Below, piece by piece: positions 11,601 to 25,500 of a stretch of DNA of 64,000 nucleotides. Below the pieces are notes generated by a model. It was not told the origin of the DNA, searched no databases, and saw nothing but the letters and a program-made list of their open reading frames with translations. A program made the position numbers and the translations under genes. Every line of letters begins with the position of its first letter. Positions within the stretch are counted from its first letter, which is position 1. This DNA comes from the human T2T-CHM13v2.0 reference genome, Homo sapiens, in NCBI RefSeq assembly GCF_009914755.1, contig NC_060941.1; one strand, given 5' to 3'.

Positions 11601-14600
11601 CATTCTCAGTAGCTTCTCTGTGATGACTGCATTCAACTCACGGAGTTGAACACTCCTTTTGAGAGCGCAGTTTTGAAACTCTCTTTCTGTGACATCTGCA
11701 AGGGGACATGTAGACCTCTCTGAAGATTTCGTTGGAAACAGAATCATCTTCACATAAAAACTATACAGATGCATTCTCAAGAACTTTTTGGTGATGTTTG
11801 TATTCAACTCCCAGAGTTGAACTTTCCTTTGGAAAGAGCAGCTATGAAACACTCTTTTTCTAGAATCTGCAAGTGGACGTTTGGAGGGCTTTGTGGTTTG
11901 TGGTGGAAAAGGAAATATCTTCACCTAAATACTAGATAGAAGCATTCTCAGAAACTGCTTTGTGATGATTGCATTCACCTCACAGAGTTGAACATTCCTA
12001 TTGATAGAGCAGTTTGGAAACACTCTTGTTGTGGAATGTGCAAGTGGAGATTTGGAGGGCTTTGAGGCCTATGGTAGTAAAGGGAATAGCTTCATAGAAA
12101 AACTAGACAGAAGCATTCTCAGAAAATACTTTGTGATGATTGAGTTGAACTCACAGAGCTGAACATTCCTTTGGATGGAGCAGGTTTGAGACACACTTTT
12201 TGTAGAATCTACAAGTGGATATTTGGACCTCTCTGAAGATTTCGTTGGAAACGGGATAACTGCACCTAACTAAACGGAAGCATTCTCAGAAACTTCTTGG
12301 TGATGTTTGCATTCAAATCCCAGAGTTGAACCTTCCTTTGATAGTTCAGGTTTGAAACACTCTTTCTGTAGGATCTGCAAGTGGATATTTGGACCACTCT
12401 GTGGCCTTCGTTCGAAACGGGTACATCTTCGCATAAAATCTAGACAGAAGCCTTCTCAGAAACTTCTCTGTGATGATTGCATTCAACTCACAGAGTTGAA
12501 CCCTCCTATGGATAGAGCAGTGTTGAAACTCTCTTTTTGTGGAATCTGCAAGTGGATATGTGGACCTCTCCGAAGATGTCTTTGGAAACGGGAATATCTT
12601 CACATAAAAACTAAACAGAAGCATTCTCAGAAACTTCTCTGTGATGTTTGTGTTCAACTCCCAGAGTTTCACATTGCTTTTCATAGAGTAGTTCTGAAAC
12701 ATGCTTTTCGTAGTGTCTGCAAGTGGACATTTGGAGCGCTTTCAGGCCTTTGGTGGAAAACGAATTATGGTCACATAAAAACTGGAGAGAAGCATTGTCA
12801 GAAACTTCTTTGTGATGATTGCATTCAACTCACAGAGTTGAAGGTTCCTTTTCAAACAGCAGTTTCCAATCACTCTTTCTGTGGAATCTGCAAGTGGATA
12901 TTTGGACCTCTTTGAAGATTTCGTTGGAAACGGGAGAATCTTCACAGAAAAGCTAAACAGAAGCATTCTCAGAAACTTCTTTGTGATGCTTGCATTCAAC
13001 TCACAGAGTTGAACTTTCCTATCGAGAGAGAAGCTTTGAAACACTCTTTTTCCAGAATCTGCAAGTGGACATTTGGAGGGCTTTGAGGCCTGTGGTGGAA
13101 AAGGAATTATCTTCCCGTAAAAGCTAGATAGAAGCATTCTCAGAAACTACTTCGTGATGATTGCATTCAAGTCACAGAGTTGAACATTCCCTTTGACAGA
13201 GCAGTTTGGAAACTCTCTTTGTGTAGAATCTGCAAGTGGAGATATGGACCGCTTTGAGGACTATGGTAGTAAAGGAAATAGCTTCATATAAAAGCTAAAC
13301 AGTAGCATTCACAGAAAACTCTTGGTGACGACTGCGTTTAACTCACAGAGCTGAAAATCCCTTTGGATGGAGCAGTTTCGAAAAACACTATTTGTAGAAT
13401 GTGCAAGTGGATATTGGGGACTCTCTGAGGATTTCGTTGGAAACGGGATAAACCACACAGAACTAAACAGAAGCATCCTCAGAACCTTCTTCGTGATGTT
13501 TGCATTCAACTCACAGTGCTGAAACTTTCTTTGATAGTTCAGCTTTGAAACACTCTTTTTGTAGAAACTGCAAGTGGATATTTGGACCTCTCTGAGGATT
13601 TCGTTGGAAACGGGATAAACCGCACAGAACTAAAACAGAAGCATTCTCAGAACCCTCTTCGTGATGTTTGCATTCAACTCACAGTGCTGAACCTTTCTTT
13701 GATAGTTCAGCTTTGAAACACTCTTTTTGTAGAAACTGCAAGTGGATATTTGGTCCTCTCTGAGGATTTCGTTGGAAACGGGATAAACCGCACAGAACTA
13801 AACAGAAGCATTCTCAGAACCTTCTTCGTGATGTCTGCATTCAACTCACAGTGTGGAACCTTTCTTTGATAGTTCAGGTTTGAAACACTCTTTTTGTAGA
13901 AACTGTAAGGGGATAATTGCACTTCTTTGAGGCCTACCGTAGTAAAGGAAATAACTTCCTATAAAAAGAAGACAGAAGCTTTCTCAGAAAATTCTTTGCG
14001 ATGATTGAGTTGAACTCACAGAGCTGAACATTCCTTGCGATGTAGCAGTTTAGAAACACACTTTCTGCAGAATCTGCAAGTGCATATTTGGACCTCTCTG
14101 AGGAATTCGTTGGAAACGGGATAATTTCAGCTGACTAAACAGAAGCAGTCTCAGAATCTTCTTTGTGATGTTTGCATTCAAATCCCAGAGTTGAACTTTC
14201 CTTTCAAAGTTCACGTTTGAAACACTCTTTTTGCAGGATCTACAAGTGGATATTTGGACCACTCTGTGTCCTTCGTTCGAAACGGGTATATCTTCACATG
14301 ACATCTAGACAGAAGCATTCTCAGAAGCTTCTCTGTGATGACTGCATTCAACTCACGGAGTTGAACACTCCTTTTGAGAGTGCAGTTTTGAAACTCTCTT
14401 TCTGTGGGATCTGCAAGGGGACATGTAGACCTCTCTGAAGATTTCGTTGGAAACGGAATCATCTTCACATAAAAACTATACAGATGCATTCTCAGGAACT
14501 TTTTGGTGATGTTTGTATTCAACTCCCAGAGTTGAACTTTCCTTTGGAAAGAGCAGCTATGAAACTCTTTTTCTAGAATCTGCAAGTGGACGTTTGGAGG

Positions 14601-17600
14601 GCTTTGTGGTTTGTGGTGGAAAAGGAAATATCTTCACCTAAATATTAGATAGAAGCATTCTCAGAAACTGCTTTGTGATGATTGCATTCACCTCACAGAG
14701 TTGAACATTCCTATTGATAGAGCAGTTTGGAAACACTCTTGTTGTGGAATGTGCAAGTGGAGATTTGGAGCGCTTTGAGGCCTATGGTAGTAAAGGGAAT
14801 AGCTTCATAGAAAAACTAGACAGAAGCATTCTCAGAAAATACTTTGTGATGATTGAGTTTAACTCACAGAGCTGAACATTCCTTTGGATGGAGCAGGTTT
14901 GAGACACACTTTTTGTAGAATCTACAAGTGGATATTTGGACCTCTCTGAAGATTTCGTTGGAAACGGGATAACTGCACCTAACTAAACGGAAGCATTCTC
15001 AGAAACTTCTTGGTGATGTTTGCATTCAAATCCCAGAGTTGAACCTTCCTTTGAGAGTTCAGGTTTGAAACACTCTTTTTGTAGGATCTGCAAGTGGATA
15101 TTTGGACCACTCTGTGGCCTTCGTTCGAAACGGGTACATCTTCGCATAAAATCTAGACAGAAGCCTTCTCAGAAACTTCTCTGTGATGATTGCATTCAAC
15201 TCACAGAGTTGAACCCTCCTATGGATAGAGCAGTGTTGAAACTCTCTTTTTGTGGAATCTGCAAGTGGATATGTGGACCTCTCCGAAGATGTCTTTGGAA
15301 ACGGGAATATCTTCACATAAAAACTAAACAGAAGCATTCTCAGAAACTTCTCTGTGATGTTTGTGTTCAACTCCCAGAGTTTCACATTGCTTTTCATAGA
15401 GTAGTTCTGAAACATGCTTTTCGTAGTGTCTGCAAGTGGACATTTGGAGCGCTTTCAGGCCTTTGGTGGAAAACGAATTATGGTCACATAAAAACTGGAG
15501 AGAAGCATTGTCAGAAACTTCTTTGTGATGATTGCATTCAACTCACAGAGTTGAAGGTTCCTTTTCAAACAGCAGTTTCCAATCACTCTTTCTGTGGAAT
15601 CTGCAAGTGGATATTTGGACCTCTTTGAAGATTTCGTTGGAAACGGGAGAATCTTCACAGAAAAGCTAAACAGAAGCATTCTCAGAAACTTCTTTGTGAT
15701 GCTTGCATTCAACTCACAGAGTTGAACTTTCCTATCGAGAGAGAAGCTTTGAAACACTCTTTTTCCAGAATCTACAAGTGGACATTTGGAGGGCTTTGAG
15801 GCCTGTGGTGGAAAAGGAATTATCTTCCCGTAAAAGCTAGATAGAAGCATTCTCAGAAACTACTTCGTGATGATTGCATTCAAGTCACAGAGTTGAACAT
15901 TCCCTTTGACAGAGCAGTTTGGAAACTCTCTTTGTGTAGAATCTGCAAGTGGAGATATGGACCGCTTTGAGGACTATGGTAGTAAAGGAAATAGCTTCAT
16001 ATAAAAGCTAAACAGTAGCATTCACAGAAAACTCTTGGTGACGACTGCGTTTAACTCACAGAGCTGAAAATCCCTTTGGATGGAGCAGTTTCGAAAAACA
16101 CTATTTGTAGAATGTGCAAGTGGATATTTGGGCCTCTCTGAGGATTTCGTTGGAAACGGGATAAACCACACAGAACTAAACAGAAGCATCCTCAGAACCT
16201 TCTTCGTGATGTTTGCATTCAACTCACAGTGCTGAACCTTTCTTTGATAGTTCAGCTTTGAAACACTCTTTTTGTAGAAACTGCAAGTGGATATTTGGAC
16301 CTCTCTGAGGATTTCGTTGGAAACGGGATAAACCGCACAGAACTAAAACAGAAGCATTCTCAGAACCCTCTTCGTGATGTTTGCATTCAACTCACAGTGC
16401 TGAACCTTTCTTTGATAGTTCAGCTTTGAAACACTCTTTTTGTAGAAACTGCAAGTGGATATTTGGTCCTCTCTGAGGATTTCGTTGGAAACGGGATAAA
16501 CCGCACAGAACTAAACAGAAGCATTCTCAGAACCTTCTTCGTGATGTCTGCATTCAACTCACAGTGTGGAACCTTTCTTTGATAGTTCAGGTTTGAAACA
16601 CTCTTTTTGTAGAAACTGCAAGGGGATAATTGCACTTCTTTGAGGCCTACCGTAGTAAAGGAAATAACTTCCTATAAAAAGAAGACAGAAGCTTTCTCAG
16701 AAAATTCTTTGCGATGATTGAGTTGAACTCACAGAGCTGAACATTCCTTGCGATGTAGCAGTTTAGAAACACACTTTCTGCAGAATCTGCAAGTGCATAT
16801 TTGGACCTCTCTGAGGAATTCGTTGGAAACGGGATAATTTCAGCTGACTAAACAGAAGCAGTCTCAGAATCTTCTTTGTGATGTTTGCATTCAAATCCCA
16901 GAGTTGAACTTTCCTTTCAAAGTTCACGTTTGAAACACTCTTTTTGCAGGATCTACAAGTGGATATTTGGACCACTCTGTGTCCTTCGTTCGAAACGGGT
17001 ATATCTTCACATGACATCTAGACAGAAGCATTCTCAGAAGCTTCTCTGTGATGACTGCATTCAACTCACGGAGTTGAACACTCCTTTTGAGAGTGCAGTT
17101 TTGAAACTCTCTTTCTGTGGCATCTGCAAGGGGACATGTAGACCTCTCTGAAGATTTCGTTGGAAACGGAATCATCTTCACATAAAAACTATACAGATGC
17201 ATTCTCAGGAACTTTTTGGTGATGTTTGTATTCAACTCCCAGAGTTGAACTTTCCTTTGGAAAGAGCAGCTATGAAACTCTTTTTCTAGAATCTGCAAGT
17301 GGACGTTTGGAGGGCTTTGTGGTTTGTGGTGGAAAAGGAAATATCTTCACCTAAATATTAGATAGAAGCATTCTCAGAAACTGCTTTGTGATGATTGCAT
17401 TCACCTCACAGAGTTGAACATTCCTATTGATAGAGCAGTTTGGAAACACTCTTGTTGTGGAATGTGCAAGTGGAGATTTGGAGCGCTTTGAGGCCTATGG
17501 TAGTAAAGGGAATAGCTTCATAGAAAAACTAGACAGAAGCATTCTCAGAAAATACTTTGTGATGATTGAGTTTAACTCACAGAGCTGAACATTCCTTTGG

Positions 17601-19528
17601 ATGGAGCAGGTTTGAGACACACTTTTTGTAGAATCTACAAGTGGATATTTGGACCTCTCTGAAGATTTCGTTGGAAACGGGATAACTGCACCTAACTAAA
17701 CGGAAGCATTCTCAGAAACTTCTTGGTGATGTTTGCATTCAAATCCCAGAGTTGAACCTTCCTTTGAGAGTTCAGGTTTGAAACACTCTTTTTGTAGGAT
17801 CTGCAAGTGGATATTTGGACCACTCTGTGGCCTTCGTTCGAAACGGGTACATCTTCGCATAAAATCTAGACAGAAGCCTTCTCAGAAACTTCTCTGTGAT
17901 GATTGCATTCAACTCACAGAGTTGAACCCTCCTATGGATAGAGCAGTGTTGAAACTCTCTTTTTGTGGAATCTGCAAGTGGATATGTGGACCTCTCCGAA
18001 GATGTCTTTGGAAACGGGAATATCTTCACATAAAAACTAAACAGAAGCATTCTCAGAAACTTCTCTGTGATGTTTGTGTTCAACTCCCAGAGTTTCACAT
18101 TGCTTTTCATAGAGTAGTTCTGAAACATGCTTTTCGTAGTGTCTGCAAGTGGACATTTGGAGCGCTTTCAGGCCTTTGGTGGAAAACGAATTATGGTCAC
18201 ATAAAAACTGGAGAGAAGCATTGTCAGAAACTTCTTTGTGATGATTGCATTCAACTCACAGTGTTGAAGGTTCCTTTTCAAACAGCAGTTTCCAATCACT
18301 CTTTCTGTGGAATCTGCAAGTGGATATTTGGACCTCTTTGAAGATTTCGTTGGAAACGGGAGAATCTTCACAGAAAAGCTAAACAGAAGCATTCTCAGAA
18401 ACTTCTTTGTGATGCTTGCATTCAACTCACAGAGTTGAACTTTCCTATCGAGAGAGAAGCTTTGAAACACTCTTTTTCCAGAATCTGCAAGTGGACATTT
18501 GGAGGGCTTTGAGGCCTGTGGTGGAAAAGGAATTATCTTCCCGTAAAAGCTAGATAGAAGCATTCTCAGAAACTACTTCGTGATGATTGCATTGAAGTCA
18601 CAGAGTTGAACATTCCCTTTGACAGAGCAGTTTGGAAAATCTCTTTGTGTAGAATCTGCAAGTGGAGATATGGACCGCTTTGAGGACTATGGTAGTAAAG
18701 GAAATAGCTTCATATAAAAGCTAAACAGTAGCATTCACAGAAAACACTTGGTGACGACTGCGTTTAACTCACAGAGCTGAAAATCCCTTTGGATGGAGCA
18801 GTTTCGAAAAACACTATTTGTAGAATGTGCAAGTGGATATTTGGGCCTCTCTGAGGATTTCGTTGGAAACGGGATAAACCACACAGAACTAAACAGAAGC
18901 ATCCTCAGAACCTTCTTCGTGATGTTTGCATTCAACTCACAGTGCTGAACCTTTCTTTGATAGTTCAGCTTTGAAACACTCTTTTTGTAGAAACTGCAAG
19001 TGGATATTTGGACCTCTCTGAGGATTTCGTTGGAAACGGGATAAACCGCCCAGAACTAAAACAGAAGCATTCTCAGAACCCTCTTCGTGATGTTTGCATT
19101 CAACTCACAGTGCTGAACCTTTCTTTGATAGTTCAGCTTTGAAACACTCTTTTTGTAGAAACTGCAAGTGGATATTTGGTCCTCTCTGAGGATTTCGTTG
19201 GAAACGGGATAAACCGCACAGAACTAAACAGAAGCATTCTCAGAACCTTCTTCGTGATGTCTGCATTCAACTCACAGTGTGGAACCTTTCTTTGATAGTT
19301 CAGGTTTGAAACACTCTTTTTGTAGAAACTGCAAGGGGATAATTGCACTTCTTTGAGGCCTACCGTAGTAAAGGAAATAACTTCCTATAAAAAGAAGACA
19401 GAAGCTTTCTCAGAAAATTCTTTGCGATGATTGAGTTGAACTCACAGAGCTGAACATTCCTTGCGATGTAGCAGTTTAGAAACACACTTTCTGCAGAATC
19501 TGCAAGTGCATATTTGGACCTCTCTGAG
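8673..19528 (+). repeat. Four 16-mer HOR units (2715, 2715, 2713, 2713 bp)
   Basis: EcoRI at 8673, 11388, 14103, 16816 and 19529. The two 2713-bp units carry a 2-bp deletion (TATGAAACTC) at about 14561 and 17274. Confidence 0.92.
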
Positions 19529-22500
19529 GAATTCGTTGGAAACGGGATAATTTCAGCTGACTAAACAGAAGCAGTCTCAGAATCTTCTTTGTGATGTTTG
19601 CATTCAAATCCCAGAGTTGAACTTTCGTTTCAAAGTTCACGTTTGAAACACTCTTTTTGCAGGATCTACAAGTGGATATTTGGACCACTCTGTGTCCTTC
19701 GTTCGAAACGGGTATATCTTCACATGACATCTAGACAGAAGCATTCTCAGAAGCTTCTCTGTGATGACTGCATTCAACTCACGGAGTTGAACACTCCTTT
19801 TGAGAGTGCAGTTTTGAAACTCTCTTTCTGTGGCATCTGCAAGGGGACATGTAGACCTCTCTGAAGATTTCGTTGGAAACGGAATCATCTTCACATAAAA
19901 ACTATACAGATGCATTCTCAGGAACTTTTTGGTGATGTTTGTATTCAACTCCCAGAGTTGAACTTTCCTTTGGAAAGAGCAGCTATGAAACACTTTTTGT
20001 AGAATCTGCAAGTGGACGTTTGGAGGGCTTTGTGGTTTGTGGTGGAAAAGGAAATATCTTCACCTAAATACTAGATAGAAGCATTCTCAGAAACTGCTTT
20101 GTGATGATTGCATTCACCTCACAGAGTTGAACATTCCTATTGATAGAGCAGTTTGGAAACACTCTTGTTGTGGAATGTGCAAGTGGAGATTTGGAGCGCT
20201 TTGAGGCCTATGGTAGTAAAGGGAATAGCTTAATAGAAAAACTAGACAGAAGCATTCTCAGAAAATACTTTGTGATGATTGAGTTTAACTCACAGAGCTG
20301 AACATTCCTTTGGATGGAGCAGGTTTGAGACACACTTTTTGTAGAATCTACAAGTGGATATTTGGACCTCTCTGAGGATTTCGTTGGAAACGGGATAACT
20401 GCACCTAACTAAACGGAAGCATTCTCAGAAACTTCTTGGTGATGTTTGCATTCAAATCCCAGAGTTGAACCTTCCTTTGATAGTTCAGGTTTGAAACACT
20501 CTTTTTGTAGGATCTGCAAGTGGATATTTGGACCACTCTGTGGCCTTCGTTCGAAACGGGGACATCTTCGCATAAAATCTAGACAGAAGCCTTCTCAGAA
20601 ACTTCTCTGTGATGATTGCATTCAACTCACAGAGTTGAACCCTCCTATGGATAGAGCAGTGTTGAAACTCTCTTTTTGTGGAATCTGCAAGTGGATATGT
20701 GGACCTCTCCGAAGATGTCTTTGGAAACGGGACTATCTTCACATAAAAACTAAACAGAAGCATTCTCAGAAACTTCTCTGTGATGTTTGTGTTCAACTCC
20801 CAGAGTTTCACATTGCTTTTCATAGAGTAGTTCTGAAACATGCTTTTCGTAGTGTCTGCAAGTGGACATTTGGAGCGCTTTCAGGCCTGTGGTGGAAAAC
20901 GAATTATGGTCACATAAAAACTGGAGAGAAGCATTGTCAGAAACTTCTTTGTGATGATTGCATTCAACTCACAGAGTTGAAGGTTCCTTTTCAAACAGCA
21001 GTTTCCAACCACTCTTTCTGTGGAATCCGCAAGTGGATATTTGGACCTCTTTGAAGATTTCGTTGGAAACGGGAGAATCTTCACAGAAAAGCTAAACAGA
21101 AGCATTCTCAGAAACTTCTTTGTGATGCTTGCATTCAACTCACAGAGTTGAACTTTCCTTTCGAGAGAGAAGCTTTGAAACACTCTTTTTCCAGAATCTG
21201 CAAGTGGAAATTTGGAGGGCTTTGAGGCCTGTGGTGGAAAAGGAATTATCTTCCCGTAAAAGCTAGATAGAAGCATTCTCAGAAACTACTTTGTGATGAT
21301 TGCATTCAAGTCACAGAGTTGAACATTCCCTTTGACAGAGCAGTTTGGAAACTCTCTTTGTGTAGAATCTGCAAGTGGAGATATGGACCGCTTTGAGGAC
21401 TATGGTAGTAAAGGAAATAGCTTCATATAAAAGCTAGACAGTAGCATTCACAGAAAACTCTTGGTGACGACTGAGTTTAACTCACAGAGCTGAACATCCC
21501 TTTGGATGGAGCAGTTTCGAAACACACTATTTGTAGAATGTGCAAGTGGATATTGGGGCCTCTCTGAGGATTTCGTTGGAAACGGGATAAACCGCACAGA
21601 ACTAAACAGAAGCATTCTCAGTACCTTCTTCGTGATGTTTGCATTCAACTCACAGTGCTGAACCTTTCTTTGATAGTTCAGCTTTGAAACACTCTTTTTG
21701 TAGAAACTGCAAGTGGATATTTGGTCCTCTGTGAGGATTTCGTTGGAAAAGGGATAAACCGCACAGAACTAAACAGAAGCATTCTCAGAACCTTCTTCGT
21801 GATGTCTGCATTCAACTCACAGTGTGGAACCTTTCTTTGATAGTTCAGGTTTGAAACACTCTTTTTGTAGAAACTGCAAGGGGATAATTGCACTTCTTTG
21901 AGGCCTACCGTAGTAAAGGAAATAACTTCCTATAAAAACAAGACAGAAGCTTTCTCAGAAAATTCTTTGGGATGATTGAGTTGAACTCACAGAGCTGAAC
22001 ATTCCTTGCGATGTAGCAGTTTAGAAACACACTTTCTGCAGAATCTGCAAGTGCATATTTGGACCTCTCTGAGGAATTCGTTGGAAACGGGATAATTTCA
22101 GCTGACTAAACAGAAGCAGTCTCAGAATCTTCTTTGTGATGTTTGCATTCAAATCCCAGAGTTGAACTTTCCTTTCAAAGTTCACGTTTGAAACACTCTT
22201 TTTGCAGGATCTACAAGTGGATATTTGGACCACTCTGTGTCCTTCGTTCGAAACGGGTATATCTTCACATGACATCTAGACAGAAGCATTCTCAGAAGCT
22301 TCTCTGTGATGACTGCATTCAACTCACGGAGTTGAACACTCCTTTTGAGAGCGCAGTTTTGAAACTCTCTTTCTGTGGCATCTGCAAGGGGACATGTAGA
22401 CCTCTCTGAAGATTTCGTTGGAAACGGAATCATCTTCACATAAAAACTATACAGATGCATTCTCAGGAACTTTTTGGTGATGTTTGTATTCAACTCCCAG

Positions 22501-25500
22501 AGTTGAACTTTCCTTTGGAAAGAGGAGCTATGAAACACTCTTTTTCTAGAATCTGCAAGTGGACGTTTGGAGGGCTTTGTGGTTTGTGGTGGAAAAGGAA
22601 ATATCTTCACCTAAATACTAGATAGAAGCATTCTCAGAAACTGCTTTGTGATGATTGCATTCACCTCACAGAGTTGAACATTCCTATTGATAGAGCAGTT
22701 TGGAAACACTCTTGTTGTGGAATGTGCAAGTGGAGATTTGGAGCGCTTTGAGGCCTATGGTAGTAAAGGGGATAGCTTCATAGAAAAACTAGACAGAAGC
22801 ATTCTCAGAAAATACTTTGTGATGATTGAGTTGAACTCACAGAGCTGAACATTCCTTTGGATGGAGCAGGTTTGAGACACACTTTTTGTAGAATCTACAA
22901 GTGGATATTTGGACCTCTCTGAGGATTTCGTTGGAAACGGGATAACTGCACCTAACTAAACGGAAGCATTCTCAGAAACTTCTTGGTGATGTTTGCATTC
23001 AAATCCCAGAGTTGAACCTTCCTTTGATAGTTCAGGTTTGAAACACTCTTTTTGTAGGATCTGCAAGTGGATATTTGGACCACTCTGTGGCCTTCGTTCG
23101 AAAAGGGTACGTCTTCGCATAAAATCTAGACAGAAGCCTTCTCAGAAACTTCTCTGTGATGATTGCATTCAACTCACAGAGTTGAACCCTCCTATGGATA
23201 GAGCAGTGTTGAAACTCTCTTTTTGTGGAATCTGCAAGTGGATATGTGGCCCTCTCCGAAGATGTCTTTGGAAACGGGAATATCTTCACATAAAAACTAA
23301 ACAGAAGCATTCTCAGAAACTTCTCTGTGATGTTTGTGTTCAACTCCCAGAGTTTCACATTGCTTTTCATAGAGTAGTTCTGAAACATGCTTTTCGTAGT
23401 GTCTGCAAGTGGACATTTGGAGCGCTTTCAGGCCTGTGGTGGAAAACGAATTATGGTCACATAAAAACTGGAGAGAAGCATTGTCAGAAACTTCTTTGTG
23501 ATGATTGCATTCAACTCACAGAGTTGAAGTTTCGTTTTCAAACAGCAGTTTCCAATCACTCTTTCTGTGGAATCTGCAAGTGGATATTTGGACCTCTTTG
23601 AAGATTTCGTTGGAAACGGGAGAATCTTCACAGAAAAGCTAAACAGAAGCATTCTCAGAAACTTCTTTGTGATGCTTGCATTCAACTCACAGAGTTGAAC
23701 TTTCCTTTCGAGAGAGAAGCTTTGAAACACTCTTTTTCCAGAATCTGCAAGTGGACATTTGGAGGGCTTTGAGGCCTGTGGTGGAAAAGGAATTATCTTC
23801 CCGTAAAAGCTAGATAGAAGCATTCCCAGAAACTACTTTGTGATGATTGCATTCAAGTCACAGAGTTGAACATTCCCTTTGACAGAGCAGTTTGGAAACT
23901 CTCTTTGTGTAGAATCTGCAAGTGGAGATATGGACCGCTTTGAGGACTATGGTAGTAAAGGACATAGCTTCATATAAAAGTTAGACAGAAGCATTCACAG
24001 AAAACTCTTGGTGACGACTGAGTTTAACTCACAGAGCTGAACATCCCTTTGGATGGAGCAGTTTGGAAACACACTATTTGTAGAATGTGCAAGTGGATAT
24101 TGGGGCCTCTCTGAGGATTTCGTTGGAAACGGGATAAACCGCACAGAACTAAACAGAAGCATTCTCAGAACATTCTTCGTGATGTTTGCATTCAACTCAC
24201 AGTGCTGAACCTTTCTTTGATAGTTCAGCTTTGAAACACTCTTTTTGTAGAAACTGCAAGTGGATATTTGGACCTCTCTGAGGATTTCTTTGGAAACGGG
24301 ATAAACTGCACAGAACTAAAACAGAAGCATTCTCAGAACCCTCTTCGTGATGTTTGCATTCAACTCACAGTGCTGAAACTTTCTTTGATAGTTCAGCATT
24401 GAAACACTCTTTTTGTAGAAACTGCAAGTGGATATTTCGTCCTCTCTGAGGATTTCGTTGGAAACGGGATAAACCGCACAGAACTAAACAGAAGCATTCT
24501 CAGAACCTTCTTCGTGATGTCTGCATTCAACTCACAGTGTGGAACCTTTCTTTGATAGTTCAGCTTTGAAACACTCTTTTTGTAGAAACTGCAAGGGGAT
24601 AATTGCACTTCTTTGAGGCCTACCGTAGTAAAGGAAATAACTTCCTATAAAAAGAAGACAGAAGCTTTCTCAGAAAATTCTTTGGGATGATTGAGTTGAA
24701 CTCACAGAGCTGAACATTCCTTGCGATGTAGCAGTTTAGAAACACACTTTCTGCAGAATCTGCAAGTGCATATTTGGACCTCTCTGAGGAATTCGTTGGA
24801 AACGGGATAATTTCAGCTGACTAAACAGAAGCAGTCTCAGAATCTTCTTTGTGATGTTTGCATTCAAATCCCAGAGTTGAACTTTCCTTTCAAAGTTCAC
24901 GTTTGAAACCCTCTTTTTGCAGGATCTACAAGTGGATATTTGGACCACTCTGTGTCCTTCGTTCGAAACGGGTATATCTTCACATGACATCTAGACAGAA
25001 GCATTCTCAGAAGCTTCTCTGTGATGACTGCATTCAACTCACGGAGTTGAACACTCCTTTTGAGAGCGCAGTTTTGAGACTCTCTTTCTGTGGCATCTGC
25101 AAGGGGACATGTAGACCTCTCTGAAGATTTCGTTGGAAACAGAATCATCTTCACATAAAAACTATACAGATGCATTCTCAAGAACTTTTTGGTGATGTTT
25201 GTATTCAACTCCCAGAGTTGAACTTTCCTTTGGAAAGAGCAGCTATGAAACACTCTTTTTCTAGAATCTGCAAGTGGACGTTTGGAGGGCTTTGTGGTTT
25301 GTGGTGGAAAAGGAAATATCTTCACCTAAATACTAGATAGAAGCATTCTCAGAAACTGCTTTGTGATGATTGCATTCACCTCACAGAGTTGAACATTCCT
25401 ATTGATAGAGCAGTTTGGAAACACTCTTGTTGTGGAATGTGCAAGTGGAGATTTGGAGCGCTTTGAGGCCTATGGTAGTAAAGGGAATAGCTTCATAGAA

